Origin: a virus
DNA: 64,000 bases
Strand: one strand, 5' to 3'
IMG/VR virus record: IMGVR_UViG_3300030106_005205
Span: 1-64,000 of that record
How positions within the stretch are numbered: the stretch's first letter is position 1; every line of letters begins with the position of its first letter. Made by a program: the position numbers and the translations under genes. Of this stretch, positions 49,349 through 59,200 are shown in pieces. The notes beneath the pieces are model-generated. The model saw only the letters and a program-made list of their open reading frames with translations, made no database searches and was not told the DNA's origin.

Positions 49349-49990
49349 TTATACCACCCTTGATAGTTCTCTTCTTACTATTACTTCAATGTTATCTTCT
49401 AAATCTTCAAGCGCTCTTGTTGCAAAATTGTTATTATCTGTGCCCTGAAATTGAGGAGGTACGGACCAAGCACTTCCTTGTCTTTCTATCATAATTCCAC
49501 TTCCAGTTCTACTTCTTGCTGCACTTCCATCTTTGAAGGAATATCCAATAACAATTCTATTTCCTCCCTCTTGCAATAACCATCTTAACCATTCCAGAGG
49601 TTTTCCTTTTTCTGTGACAAACTCTGCGGCAGGCAAAGAGAGAACTCTTGAATATGATGTCTCTAATATACCTATCTTTATTCCTCCAAAATCGCCTAGT
49701 CCGGGAACAAAGGTTACTTGTATTTCGTCAGCAAATTGTTCCACTATATTTGCAATTCTTGCGGCCCCATCAACCAATCCAAACTGATGTCTTAAAACTC
49801 CTCCAGCAATAGACTGATATTCGGGCGCTGCCTCTAAACTATTTGTAACTAAAATTCTTATGCTTTTTTCTATGTTCGCTATTGCTCTTGGTAAAGATTT
49901 AAGTATCTTATTTCTTATTTCCAGTCTGACTTGTTTTTCAAACTTTTGTACAAAACCTCTCTCTAATTGTATCTTGAAATTAATTGACAT
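49349..49990 (-). CDS. Putative neck/tail completion protein
   Basis: Position; WLRWLL.EG, SRTG, GT..NNF.TRAL. Confidence 0.45.
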   Translation of the reverse strand: MSINFKIQLERGFVQKFEKQVRLEIRNKILKSLPRAIANIEKSIRILVTNSLEAAPEYQSIAGGVLRHQFGLVDGAARIANIVEQFADEIQVTFVPGLGDFGGIKIGILETSYSRVLSLPAAEFVTEKGKPLEWLRWLLQEGGNRIVIGYSFKDGSAARSRTGSGIMIERQGSAWSVPPQFQGTDNNNFATRALEDLEDNIEVIVRRELSRVV

Positions 49991-50520
49991 TATTTAATTC
50001 TTTTCCAATTACAAAATACAAAATCATCGTTGCCGAACCCAACAGGCTGTGGATCTGATATTCTCTCAAACCTAGCATCAGCATAATTCTTAATAGCTGT
50101 AGAAGGTTGCAGCTCTTTTGCTCTATAAAGCTTAGGTGTTATCTCTTTTTTAGCAATAGTCTGAATTAGTCCATCTGGTACATTAACAGGCGTTTCCACT
50201 CCAAGAAAGTCTCTATAGTTATATATTACTGCTAAGTTTAAATTCTCGGTACTAATGACAGGCTTCTTGCCAGCTCCTGAACATACAGGACACACTCCTC
50301 CATTCCGAAAAGGTACTGGCCCTCCTGTTAGAAACCTGTTTGAAGACTTCCTTCCAATAGGATCATACACACAATTGCTACAATCTTCATACTTAGTAAC
50401 GCCAAAATAAAGAGTGCACGCAACGGTAAGTGCTGCATCTTCTAACAATGACTTAATCGCATTGCTGAATAAGGTTTTAAATTCACTAGTAATAATACCT
50501 GAAAACGGATTCGTTGACAT
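49990..50520 (-). CDS. Putative head-closure protein
   Basis: CSNC...CPVCxGxG zinc motif; position in neck module. Confidence 0.45.
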   Translation of the reverse strand: MSTNPFSGIITSEFKTLFSNAIKSLLEDAALTVACTLYFGVTKYEDCSNCVYDPIGRKSSNRFLTGGPVPFRNGGVCPVCSGAGKKPVISTENLNLAVIYNYRDFLGVETPVNVPDGLIQTIAKKEITPKLYRAKELQPSTAIKNYADARFERISDPQPVGFGNDDFVFCNWKRIK

Positions 50521-50521
50521 A

Positions 50522-51607
50522 TTAATCTCCAGTTACACTAAATGCACCAAGATCACCACCATTTAAGGTAATATTCTTTAGCAAAATTTTATTCTGGCTT
50601 GACATAGAGCAGCTAGCACATTGATGAGCCCCAATATCCCAGTTCATATATCCAGTCGTATCTCTGTCTACTCCATCTATATCTTTTTGAACATCATTTG
50701 ATGTTCCTATATTTTGGCCTTTTCTGAGTGCGGGCGAACCATTTTTTAAATGTAAATCTTCTGAGCCCTGTGTCCTTGAAACATAAATTCTAGGAGTGAC
50801 TGCATTTGTTATTGAGTTAGCACCAAAAGCAGTTGAGTCGCTAGATAAATTATAGTTGCTCGAACTTCCTGTCTGCTGTTTAAAATCAAAATCGCATCCA
50901 GTTATTATTGTATTCGTATAGACTCCATTAAATCCGCCATAAGAACTTGCGGTAGGAGTGTCATCATACATATTATGTATAGTCAAATTTTTGTATACTG
51001 CACTTGAGTGAGAATAAAGAGCCTGAACCCTACCATTTGAACTAGAACCTGTAGCTGTTTTACCACAATTAAATATCATTGTATTCTGTATAGTTGAGCC
51101 ATTCGTAGTAGTAGTTCCAAAAACGTAGAATGTCTTATTTCCTGCACCAGCATGAACTATGTTATTAATAAGACACCTAGACATTATAGTGCAGCTTACA
51201 CCAAGTCCAATTATAGCAACATTCGTATCAGTGGATATGGTGATATCTGCAAACTCAAGATCTTCTATTTTCACCAAGTTGCTACCATATGTCCCTTGAT
51301 CATAAGAGACTTTGAATATTGGCGAATAAGTAGAAAAAGAACCTGTATATGAAATTTTTACTCCAGAGTCAGGAGTTCCATCATGCTTGTGTGCAGAATT
51401 TGCCTTAAGTGTTATTGAGGTAAGCCCAAAGGCAGGGCCTGTATCATCTATATCAAAGGACTCATCAAAAACGCCATCACTGTAACATTCTCCAACTGCT
51501 TGGTCTCCAGAGGAGTATATCCCAGCATTAGAAAGATCAGCCTCCCAAGCTGATATTGTACTGTAGTCCCTTGAATTTGTTCCTATTGATTTTGTTACTG
51601 TTGCCAT
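50522..51607 (-). CDS. Putative beta-helix virion appendage protein, paralog of 54079-55476
   Basis: RDYSTISAWEA, NLSSDSTA, DLHLK.GSPA...WDIGAHQ (choice-of-anchor-Q-like end). Confidence 0.6.
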   Translation of the reverse strand: MATVTKSIGTNSRDYSTISAWEADLSNAGIYSSGDQAVGECYSDGVFDESFDIDDTGPAFGLTSITLKANSAHKHDGTPDSGVKISYTGSFSTYSPIFKVSYDQGTYGSNLVKIEDLEFADITISTDTNVAIIGLGVSCTIMSRCLINNIVHAGAGNKTFYVFGTTTTNGSTIQNTMIFNCGKTATGSSSNGRVQALYSHSSAVYKNLTIHNMYDDTPTASSYGGFNGVYTNTIITGCDFDFKQQTGSSSNYNLSSDSTAFGANSITNAVTPRIYVSRTQGSEDLHLKNGSPALRKGQNIGTSNDVQKDIDGVDRDTTGYMNWDIGAHQCASCSMSSQNKILLKNITLNGGDLGAFSVTGD

Positions 51608-52431
51608 TATAAGAGACCTTCTGAAACTTTATCATAAGTCAAAATATCGATATGTTCTCTTTCTTCCATTGGTTTTCTGCAATCACAAGAAACATTGGGA
51701 TTTCTAAGATCATCTACAGAATTTGCAAGCTCGTTAGACAAGTCCCAATAGGGTACAAACCACTTTCTTTTTGCTAATATGACAGGCGAATAATCATCAG
51801 ATACTTCATCCGGAGGATCTTGAATCGCTGGTAACGCTCTAGTATGTACCGTATCTCCAGATAATTCAACTCTGCTAAATGAGTCTCCATTGTAACTACG
51901 ACCAGAAGTGTTTATGCAAGCAAAGTGCAGCTTTTCAAGCTCTGTAAAAGGCCAAGAAAAATGATCTGCTTTTAGATAGTCTGTATGGGTTTCAATGTCG
52001 TTCCATATAGCATCTAAATCAATGTCCGATCTAGGCTGGCCATACCAAATTTCAGAACCTGCAGAACCAAATATGCAGTGCTTTGGATTTCTCAATCTTC
52101 TAGAAAGATATGCATGAGCATCTATATATTCACCTTTGTCATTTGAAGATTTTGATAATGTATCCTGTTCATTAGTTATTAGATTAGTTCTTAGAACAGT
52201 GTCTAATGTTACTCTCTCAAATTTATAAAGATTAGTTTTTTCTTTATACTTCATCAATAAAGAATTATTCTGCCTTAAACCCGTAGTTAGATCAAGAGGG
52301 AAGTTACCTATATCACACTTTTGTGCGGCATGACAGCTATGTATGCGTTCGATTGAAAATGCCTGAACGACATCTCCATCCTTATAGGAGTTATCTCCCG
52401 GATTCGAATTTATCTTTACTATTAATTCCAT
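51607..52431 (-). CDS. Conserved partner protein, paralog of 55476-56285
   Basis: YKDGDV, ERV...VLRTNL.T.EQ, IFG...G.E.WY, IW.DIE.HT, AKR.W..PY. Confidence 0.6.
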   Translation of the reverse strand: MELIVKINSNPGDNSYKDGDVVQAFSIERIHSCHAAQKCDIGNFPLDLTTGLRQNNSLLMKYKEKTNLYKFERVTLDTVLRTNLITNEQDTLSKSSNDKGEYIDAHAYLSRRLRNPKHCIFGSAGSEIWYGQPRSDIDLDAIWNDIETHTDYLKADHFSWPFTELEKLHFACINTSGRSYNGDSFSRVELSGDTVHTRALPAIQDPPDEVSDDYSPVILAKRKWFVPYWDLSNELANSVDDLRNPNVSCDCRKPMEEREHIDILTYDKVSEGLL

Positions 52432-52441
52432 TAGGAAGTTT

Positions 52442-52735
52442 CTAAATTAACATAAAATGAATAGTTGCTGTTGAGCTAGAAGTTATTGCATATACTTCAC
52501 TAGCATGAAAAATAGGGATAACAACAGTGTCTCCTGCTTGAAGAGGATATCCATCTGTTGTTGATGCAGATGTTCCTGCAGTTACCGTATCATCTCCAAT
52601 ATATACAACAACTGTATTGTTTGGATCAGCTACAACTTGGATACCTTTTTTGGCAACCTCTGAAGTACTTCCGATCTGTGAACGAGTAGTTCCAACATCA
52701 TTTTTACTTCCTGTTGCAAAATTATTAACCGGCAT
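52442..52735 (-). CDS. Small putative virion protein, paralog of 674-967
   Basis: Shared motifs along the whole 97 aa. Confidence 0.6.
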   Translation of the reverse strand: MPVNNFATGSKNDVGTTRSQIGSTSEVAKKGIQVVADPNNTVVVYIGDDTVTAGTSASTTDGYPLQAGDTVVIPIFHASEVYAITSSSTATIHFMLI

Positions 52736-52737
52736 TG

Positions 52738-52935
52738 TTACTTGCCTCCAAAATCAAATCTATTGGTATATTTAGTGATTACTGTGCCTGTAGCAGGAAG
52801 ATTACTAACGTAAGTATCAATAGTATAGTTATCGCCAAGCACACCGCTACCGGCACCTTCCGGACCATTAACAACAATTGTGCCTTCTTTATGCTCTGTC
52901 GCAGCACCTTTTGGCTGTGATAATATATCTGACAT
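52738..52935 (-). CDS. Small hypothetical virion protein
   Basis: AGGAG RBS; fills operon. Confidence 0.5.
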   Translation of the reverse strand: MSDILSQPKGAATEHKEGTIVVNGPEGAGSGVLGDNYTIDTYVSNLPATGTVITKYTNRFDFGGK

Positions 52936-52952
52936 TTTTAAAGTCTCCTAAA

Positions 52953-53489
52953 TTAAAGTCTTGAATCGTTTTCTGAATATCTTATTCTTTCACCAGAATC
53001 ATCTGTTGGTATAAAATCATTAGATGCAAATGGACTCATTACAGCACGAATAATCTTCTTGCCTTCATAACCAAAGTTATATTCGTATTTATATGTTTCG
53101 TAAGCTTTGCAAGGTCCTTCGTTTAGCAGGACAGAAAGTTGACCTCCATAGCCCGCTGTTTGAAGTGCTGCTGGGCCTAGTCTAGCAGATATTCCCTGAA
53201 CAAGAGCTGCATTTCTAAACGCCCCTTCATCTGCCATACAAGCAGCCTTAAGCACCATAAAAGAAATGAAGTCCTTACCATCTGCTTGATCGTCAGGACT
53301 AGGAGTTACTGTGTATGCTCCGACATCAACTACATAATCGCTACTGAAATTAATATCAATAGGCAAAAAATAAGCGCTTGTAATTAATAGATCCTCTAAT
53401 CTACTATTTGTGTAAGTATTTGTTCCATCACAACCAGCATCATTGAGCATGGTTCTTAACATAATTAAACTTGTATTCTGCCAACTCAT
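52953..53489 (-). CDS. Putative head-tail adaptor
   Basis: LRTMLND...YTNSRL pattern typical of head-tail adaptors; position. Confidence 0.55.
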   Translation of the reverse strand: MSWQNTSLIMLRTMLNDAGCDGTNTYTNSRLEDLLITSAYFLPIDINFSSDYVVDVGAYTVTPSPDDQADGKDFISFMVLKAACMADEGAFRNAALVQGISARLGPAALQTAGYGGQLSVLLNEGPCKAYETYKYEYNFGYEGKKIIRAVMSPFASNDFIPTDDSGERIRYSENDSRL

Positions 53490-53494
53490 ATGTA

Positions 53495-53818
53495 TTACCT
53501 ATCTGATACGTAAAGTATACCATCACCTTCTAGTGTTGCCGATTCTGAAGTTCCAACAATAGCTTCAATTCTATAATTGTTACCAGTTGTTCCCCCAGAA
53601 ATCCAAAACGTTATTAAACTGTTTTTACTACTTGTAGCAGAACTTTCTATACCAGTAGTTCCAATCGTTAAATCTGTAGTTGTACCATCTATTTTTTCAG
53701 AGGATATTGAAGAAATAGACGTAACCGTTTCACTTGTAGCCAACAAATTATTAAATTCAATCGAAAATTTTCTATTCTCTGACGGTTGTTTACAAAGTCT
53801 TTCGCTAGCCGATGACAT
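53495..53818 (-). CDS. Putative fibre-attachment adaptor protein
   Basis: KQPSE...F...L...WISGGTTG..Y.I pattern. Confidence 0.5.
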   Translation of the reverse strand: MSSASERLCKQPSENRKFSIEFNNLLATSETVTSISSISSEKIDGTTTDLTIGTTGIESSATSSKNSLITFWISGGTTGNNYRIEAIVGTSESATLEGDGILYVSDR

Positions 53819-53849
53819 TAAATTCTCCTTAAAAAATAGTCTCTAATAA

Positions 53850-53859
53850 ATTATACACC
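53850..53859 (-). promoter_or_regulatory. Candidate late promoter GGTGTATAAT
   Basis: Intergenic; about 30 nt upstream of ATG 53818. Confidence 0.55.
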
Positions 53860-53864
53860 GTAAT

Positions 53865-54068
53865 CTAAGCAGTCCAAGTCGTTTCGGAGCTATTTGTGCT
53901 CCATCTTGTTGGAGGCTTATTCGTAGAGTCATCCTCTGGAGGTAAAACCCAATTGGTGTTAGAGGCCTTAAGAGTCCAAGTTTCTATCTTTGCTTCTCTT
54001 GCTACTTCAAATGCTGTGAACTGAACATCTGAAAGTGGAAATTCTGATATGCTATGAAAACCTAACAT
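53865..54068 (-). CDS. Small virion-associated protein
   Basis: MLGFHSISEFPLS N-terminal motif; AGGAG RBS. Confidence 0.5.
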   Translation of the reverse strand: MLGFHSISEFPLSDVQFTAFEVAREAKIETWTLKASNTNWVLPPEDDSTNKPPTRWSTNSSETTWTA

Positions 54069-54078
54069 TATTGATCTC

Positions 54079-55476
54079 CTAAATATCTAAAAATATAATA
54101 AATGCTGGATTTGCAGTAGATGATGCAGTTCTTGTTACTTGATGAGCACCAATATCCCAATCTACATCTACACTATTTCTATCAAACTCCGTAATATCTA
54201 TATTCGCTTCTGACGATAAGTCTGTACCATTACCAGCCGCATCGGAATCACTTTTTATAAATAAACCACTTGCTGGATAACCCGCCTCAAAAGTATTTGC
54301 TGCCGTTTTACTAGTCTGTGCATTAGTTCCATTTGTGCTCGCTGTTGAGTCACTAGATAAACAAAAGTCGCAATCGGTTGACCCACCACTTCTGCGAAAG
54401 TCTACACTGTGTGATGCTGTACCTCCTCCAGCAGTATTTTCAGAGTCTATACCAATGCAGTTTTTTATATTGATCGTGCCATTAGTTCCCCAATAATAAG
54501 CAGTCGCATATTTGCTTGTACTGCCTGTTACTGTCATATCGTAAGAAGTATTATTATAGCATTTAACCGTAGCTCTACTTTGGTTCATATTGAATGCTGT
54601 TACATGGTCATCACTTTCTTGAAAATCATATAATATACAATTGAAAATGTGATGATACCCTCCACTTCCTCCTCTAAGTAGTATTCCATGTAGAGGGTCT
54701 GGCGTTTGGTTAGTACCCCAAGAGTGAATTAACATATGTTGGATGACTGCATTAATCTTTGTCTGAGTATTACTTGTTCCGGTCTGAATACAAATCCCAG
54801 TACTTGTAGAGCTGGACATATCAATCTCTATCCACTCAATAGTAAAGTTATCTATACTTAGATTATATATAGACTTGCTGGAGTCTCCGGGATTTGCATT
54901 TGGTTTATTAACAACCTTACCTGTTTGACCCTCTATTCCATGCTGTCTATCATCTTCATTTACTGTTAGTTTTATGCTATCATAAGTAGTTGAAGTATAA
55001 TTAAAAATAACGTTTTCTTCTGTAAAATCACTGTCGGCGTGCATCCAGCCAGTTAAATCATCATTAGCTGAGTAGAAGTTACTATTATTAAGGCCCGCTT
55101 CCCACTCTACTACAGTATCATAAGTCCTGCTGTATGTGTGTCCCGCTTTTACAATATCTCCATAATCGTCTGTATACTGTAAACTTGTAGGGTTTTGTGC
55201 GCCGTGTGATCCGCTATCTTCATACATCCATACAACTTCTACGGTGTTGCCAGATACTGATTTAACAAAATAATAAAAGGTTGTACCACTGTAGCTTGTA
55301 TTGTCAGTTATAGCAAGTTTGTCTCCAACACCAACATCTCCGGGTGAAGAGCCATAAGTCATACTCCATGGGCTAGAAAAGTTTCCAGCACCGGAGGCAC
55401 TAGCTGGAAGTTTAGAATCCCCATCTGCAATAGCTATATCAGATCTAGTTCCTATACTAGCATATACCTCTGCCAT
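54079..55476 (-). CDS. Putative beta-helix virion appendage protein, paralog of 50522-51607
   Basis: RTYDTVVEWEA, YNNT, IKNCI, CLSSDSTA, WDIGAHQ. Confidence 0.6.
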   Translation of the reverse strand: MAEVYASIGTRSDIAIADGDSKLPASASGAGNFSSPWSMTYGSSPGDVGVGDKLAITDNTSYSGTTFYYFVKSVSGNTVEVVWMYEDSGSHGAQNPTSLQYTDDYGDIVKAGHTYSRTYDTVVEWEAGLNNSNFYSANDDLTGWMHADSDFTEENVIFNYTSTTYDSIKLTVNEDDRQHGIEGQTGKVVNKPNANPGDSSKSIYNLSIDNFTIEWIEIDMSSSTSTGICIQTGTSNTQTKINAVIQHMLIHSWGTNQTPDPLHGILLRGGSGGYHHIFNCILYDFQESDDHVTAFNMNQSRATVKCYNNTSYDMTVTGSTSKYATAYYWGTNGTINIKNCIGIDSENTAGGGTASHSVDFRRSGGSTDCDFCLSSDSTASTNGTNAQTSKTAANTFEAGYPASGLFIKSDSDAAGNGTDLSSEANIDITEFDRNSVDVDWDIGAHQVTRTASSTANPAFIIFLDI

Positions 55477-56285
55477 TATAATATATACTCCCCAAGATCT
55501 ACTTTGTCAAACATGATGTTGTCAAGCTTATTCTTTTCGGTTTGTTGGATATCCTGTCTAGGGTCTACAATCTTATTAAGATCCAAAACATCGTCAATAT
55601 CAATTGCTAACTCAGAATCCATATCTTTATATGGTATTTTCCATTGTCTTTTTGCTATTAGTGTAGTCTGGATAGTTTCATCATTCTCGTCTTCCCTAAC
55701 GACAATAGGAGAAGACCTATCGGACGCTGTGTGTTTAGAAATTTCTGTATAAGTACTATTCAAAAATCCTGTGCAATCCAATGCCAGCATTCTCTGTTTC
55801 ACTGTTGGTGTAAATTCCTTCCTCATGTTATTTTGCCTAAGATTGCCTGTGTGCTGCTCTATGTCGTCCCATATAGAGTGTATCTTAGTTGAGTCTCCAA
55901 ACAGTGGTAGCTTTTCCATATACCAAACTTCTCGACCCTGCTCAGTACCGAAAATAGTATGATTTGGAATAGATAATAATTTAGTTATAAATCTATACAG
56001 ATTAGTTGGCGAAATTGTTTCCTGCTCTTCAGTTAATAGGTTGGTCCTCAGCACTTGATTTGAATTAACCCTCTCACACTTGTATTTGTGGGTTTTTTGC
56101 TCGTACTTTTCTAGTAAAGTTCCAAAATCCCTCAGTCCGGCTGAATTATAACCAAATTTTTTAGGCAAACAGATATTCTGCCCTCTCTGTAAGAGAGTGT
56201 TTAAAAAAGGATAACAGCCGATCACATCTCCATCTTTATAGCCTAGTGGGTCTGGGCTATCACCTATATGAATTAACATATCCAT
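55476..56285 (-). CDS. Conserved partner protein, paralog of 51607-52431
   Basis: Same motif set as 51607-52431. Confidence 0.6.
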   Translation of the reverse strand: MDMLIHIGDSPDPLGYKDGDVIGCYPFLNTLLQRGQNICLPKKFGYNSAGLRDFGTLLEKYEQKTHKYKCERVNSNQVLRTNLLTEEQETISPTNLYRFITKLLSIPNHTIFGTEQGREVWYMEKLPLFGDSTKIHSIWDDIEQHTGNLRQNNMRKEFTPTVKQRMLALDCTGFLNSTYTEISKHTASDRSSPIVVREDENDETIQTTLIAKRQWKIPYKDMDSELAIDIDDVLDLNKIVDPRQDIQQTEKNKLDNIMFDKVDLGEYIL

Positions 56286-59200
56286 TTATATATTCTGTCC
56301 TATAATAAATCCATCGTAAGACCCGGATACAACACATAAGAAACCGAACACGTCTGTCTTGCTTGTTGTAGCTGTTAGCGTAGGAACAGTTCCTCCCGGC
56401 CATCTAACTCCTCCAAAGAATGAGACTGTACCTGTAGCAGTTGCATTCTGTGTAAGTCTCAAAACAAATTTTTGTCCAGCCGTTACATTTGTAAGGGTTA
56501 TATTGTTAAGCCCTTGATTCATACTATGGTGGAATGTTGAAGCTTGAGAAAGATCTAGATTACGAGTATCTCCGGGAGAAGATCCTGCTCCTGACTGCAT
56601 CGCAGATCTCACACCTGAAGTATCAACCATGCCAACGTTAATTCCATTGGTGGTCGTAGCCCCATTGTCTGTTACCGCGTCAAGGTTAACATCAGAAGCA
56701 AGTTTGCTTTCAGATATAGAGCCCGCAAGCATAGCGTTCGTTACGCCTCCGGGAGTTATATCTATAACCTTTGTGGCTCCAAGATCAACTTCTCCGCCAT
56801 TAGATAGACCGCTACCAGCTGTTATGGTAACAGAATCATTAGCTAATTTAGCATTAGAAACGCCAGCGTCTTTAATTTGTATAATGTCAGAGTTGAATTC
56901 TAACGTAGAGTTATCTAGTTTGACATCGAACTCAGTGCCATCAAGATTTAACCCAGAGCCAGCGGTATAAGTGTTGATGTTACCATTGATGACGCCAGAC
57001 ATATCATAGACCGCATTAGGGGTGACGGCTCTGTCAATCGTCCCATTTGTAATAGCATCTTGCAACTGAACAACACCAGTGCCGCTAGTCGTTGCTAAGA
57101 TAGCATCAAAAGTTACAGATGCCCCTAGTGCTACGACACCTCCATTGGTCAATCCCGTTCCGGCAGTTACTGTAACCCCAGTATTGGCTAGCTTGGCATT
57201 TGTGACACCGTCGTCCTTAATCTGTATAATGTCAGAGTTGAATTCCACCGTAGAATTATCTAGCTTGACATCGAACTCAGTGCCATCAAGATTCAACCCA
57301 GAACCGGCGGTGTAACTGTTGATGTTCCCGTTGATAACGCCAGACATATCGTAGACAGCGTTAGGCGTGACAGCCCTGTTTGTAGTCCCGTCTGTAACGG
57401 TGTCTTGCAACTGAACAACTCCCACAGCACTTGTACTGGCAGTGATTGCATCTACAGTCACGGATGCTCCTAGTGCTACGACGCCTCCATTGGTCAATCC
57501 CGTTCCGGCACTTACTGTAACCCCAGTATTGGCGAGTTTAGCATTTGTAACTCCATTATCTTTGATTCTTACTATATCAGAATTAACTTCAAGGGTAGAA
57601 TTGTCTGTTTGCACATTGAATGTTTTTGATGGGTCTTCATTCAATCCGGAGCCAGCATTATAAGTATTTGATACATCGTTACCACTAATAGTTACAGTGT
57701 TACTTGATGTATTATAACTTACTGTTGTGTTTCCGCCTCCAGTAAAATTAACTTGACCTCCAGCAGTGATAGCTTCTGAATTTAAGCCATCACTTACAGT
57801 CCAGCTAGTATACAATAATCCTGAAACGGTGTTAAGGTTTCCAGACACTCCTGTGATCTTAGCGGTGTTAATGTCAACCGAACCTGACACGTCTGCAAGT
57901 CTTGCTGTATTCGCTGCGATGTTCGTTGTATTGGTTGAGATACTCGACGTGTTGGTAGCAGCAGTCCCAGAAACCCCTGTGATCATAGCGGTGTTGATAT
58001 CCACAGAGCCTGAGACAGTCCCAAGCCTTGCTGTATTCGCTGCTATGTTCGTTACATTCGTTGTAATGTTCGTTGTGTTGGTAGCAGCGGTTCCAGAGAC
58101 CCCTGTGATCATAGCGGTGTTAATATCAACCGAACCTGACACATCCGCAAGTCTTGCTGTATTAGCTGCGATATTCGTTACATTACTTGCAATATCTGAG
58201 TCATTACTGGATATCTGAGTCTGTAAATGTCCAGATGCACCCGTTACGTAAGCCTGAGTTGCATAGCTTGACAGGTCTTGGTCTGCGCCACTGACTGTGA
58301 ATATGTTTGGAGACCCACTGGCAAAATCAACAGTTACATTGCCTGCTCCTGTTATCCTGACAGCCTGACCATTTGCAACACTAGAAGTATTCGCACTACC
58401 ATCTGTTGCTGTCCAGTACTCGTATCCGGCCTCTGAGCTAGGAGTATTAACAGTTAGAGTGTTTGTGCCCGTATCATAAGAAACAGTAGTTGCACCAGTT
58501 CCGGTAAACTTAACCTTTTCCGTTTTTGCGACGTTTTCTTGCACGGCTCCGGCAGAGATTATCCAGTGTCCATATAAGTCTCCAGAAGTGTTTGCTATAT
58601 TAGTAGCGTTATCAGCTGCAGTGCCAGATACCGTTCCTATCTTAGCTGTATTGATGTCTACAGATCCTGATACATCTGCAAGTCTTGTCGTGTTAGTTGA
58701 AATGTTCGTTACATTAGTTGATATATTCGTCGCATTAGTAGCAGCGGTGCCAGAAACCCCAGTAATCTTAGCAAGATTTATAGAAATGTCATTATCATTA
58801 GAAGTAATTTGGCTTTGCAAATGACCCGATGCGCCAGTTACGTAAGATTGAGTAGCGTAACTCGAAAGATCTTGGTCTGCTCCACTTATCGAGAAAGTAT
58901 TAGAGCTTGAATTATAAGTTACTGTGTTATTTCCAAGTCCAGTCCATATTACGGTCTGCCCACTAGATATTGTATCAGCAGACCCTCCAGCAGAGACATT
59001 AAAGTCGTAACCATCTCCACCTCCACCTGCGGAAGAACCACTGATTGTTACAACATTACTAGAATATGAAACCGAAGTGTTTCCAGCGCCAGTAAATGTA
59101 ATTTTTTCAGTAGTAGTTACATCTTCATCCGTAGCACCATCTGACAGTGTCCAGTACTGGTAGTTGTCCTTGGATGCAGCTACGCCCGAAACTCCTGTGA

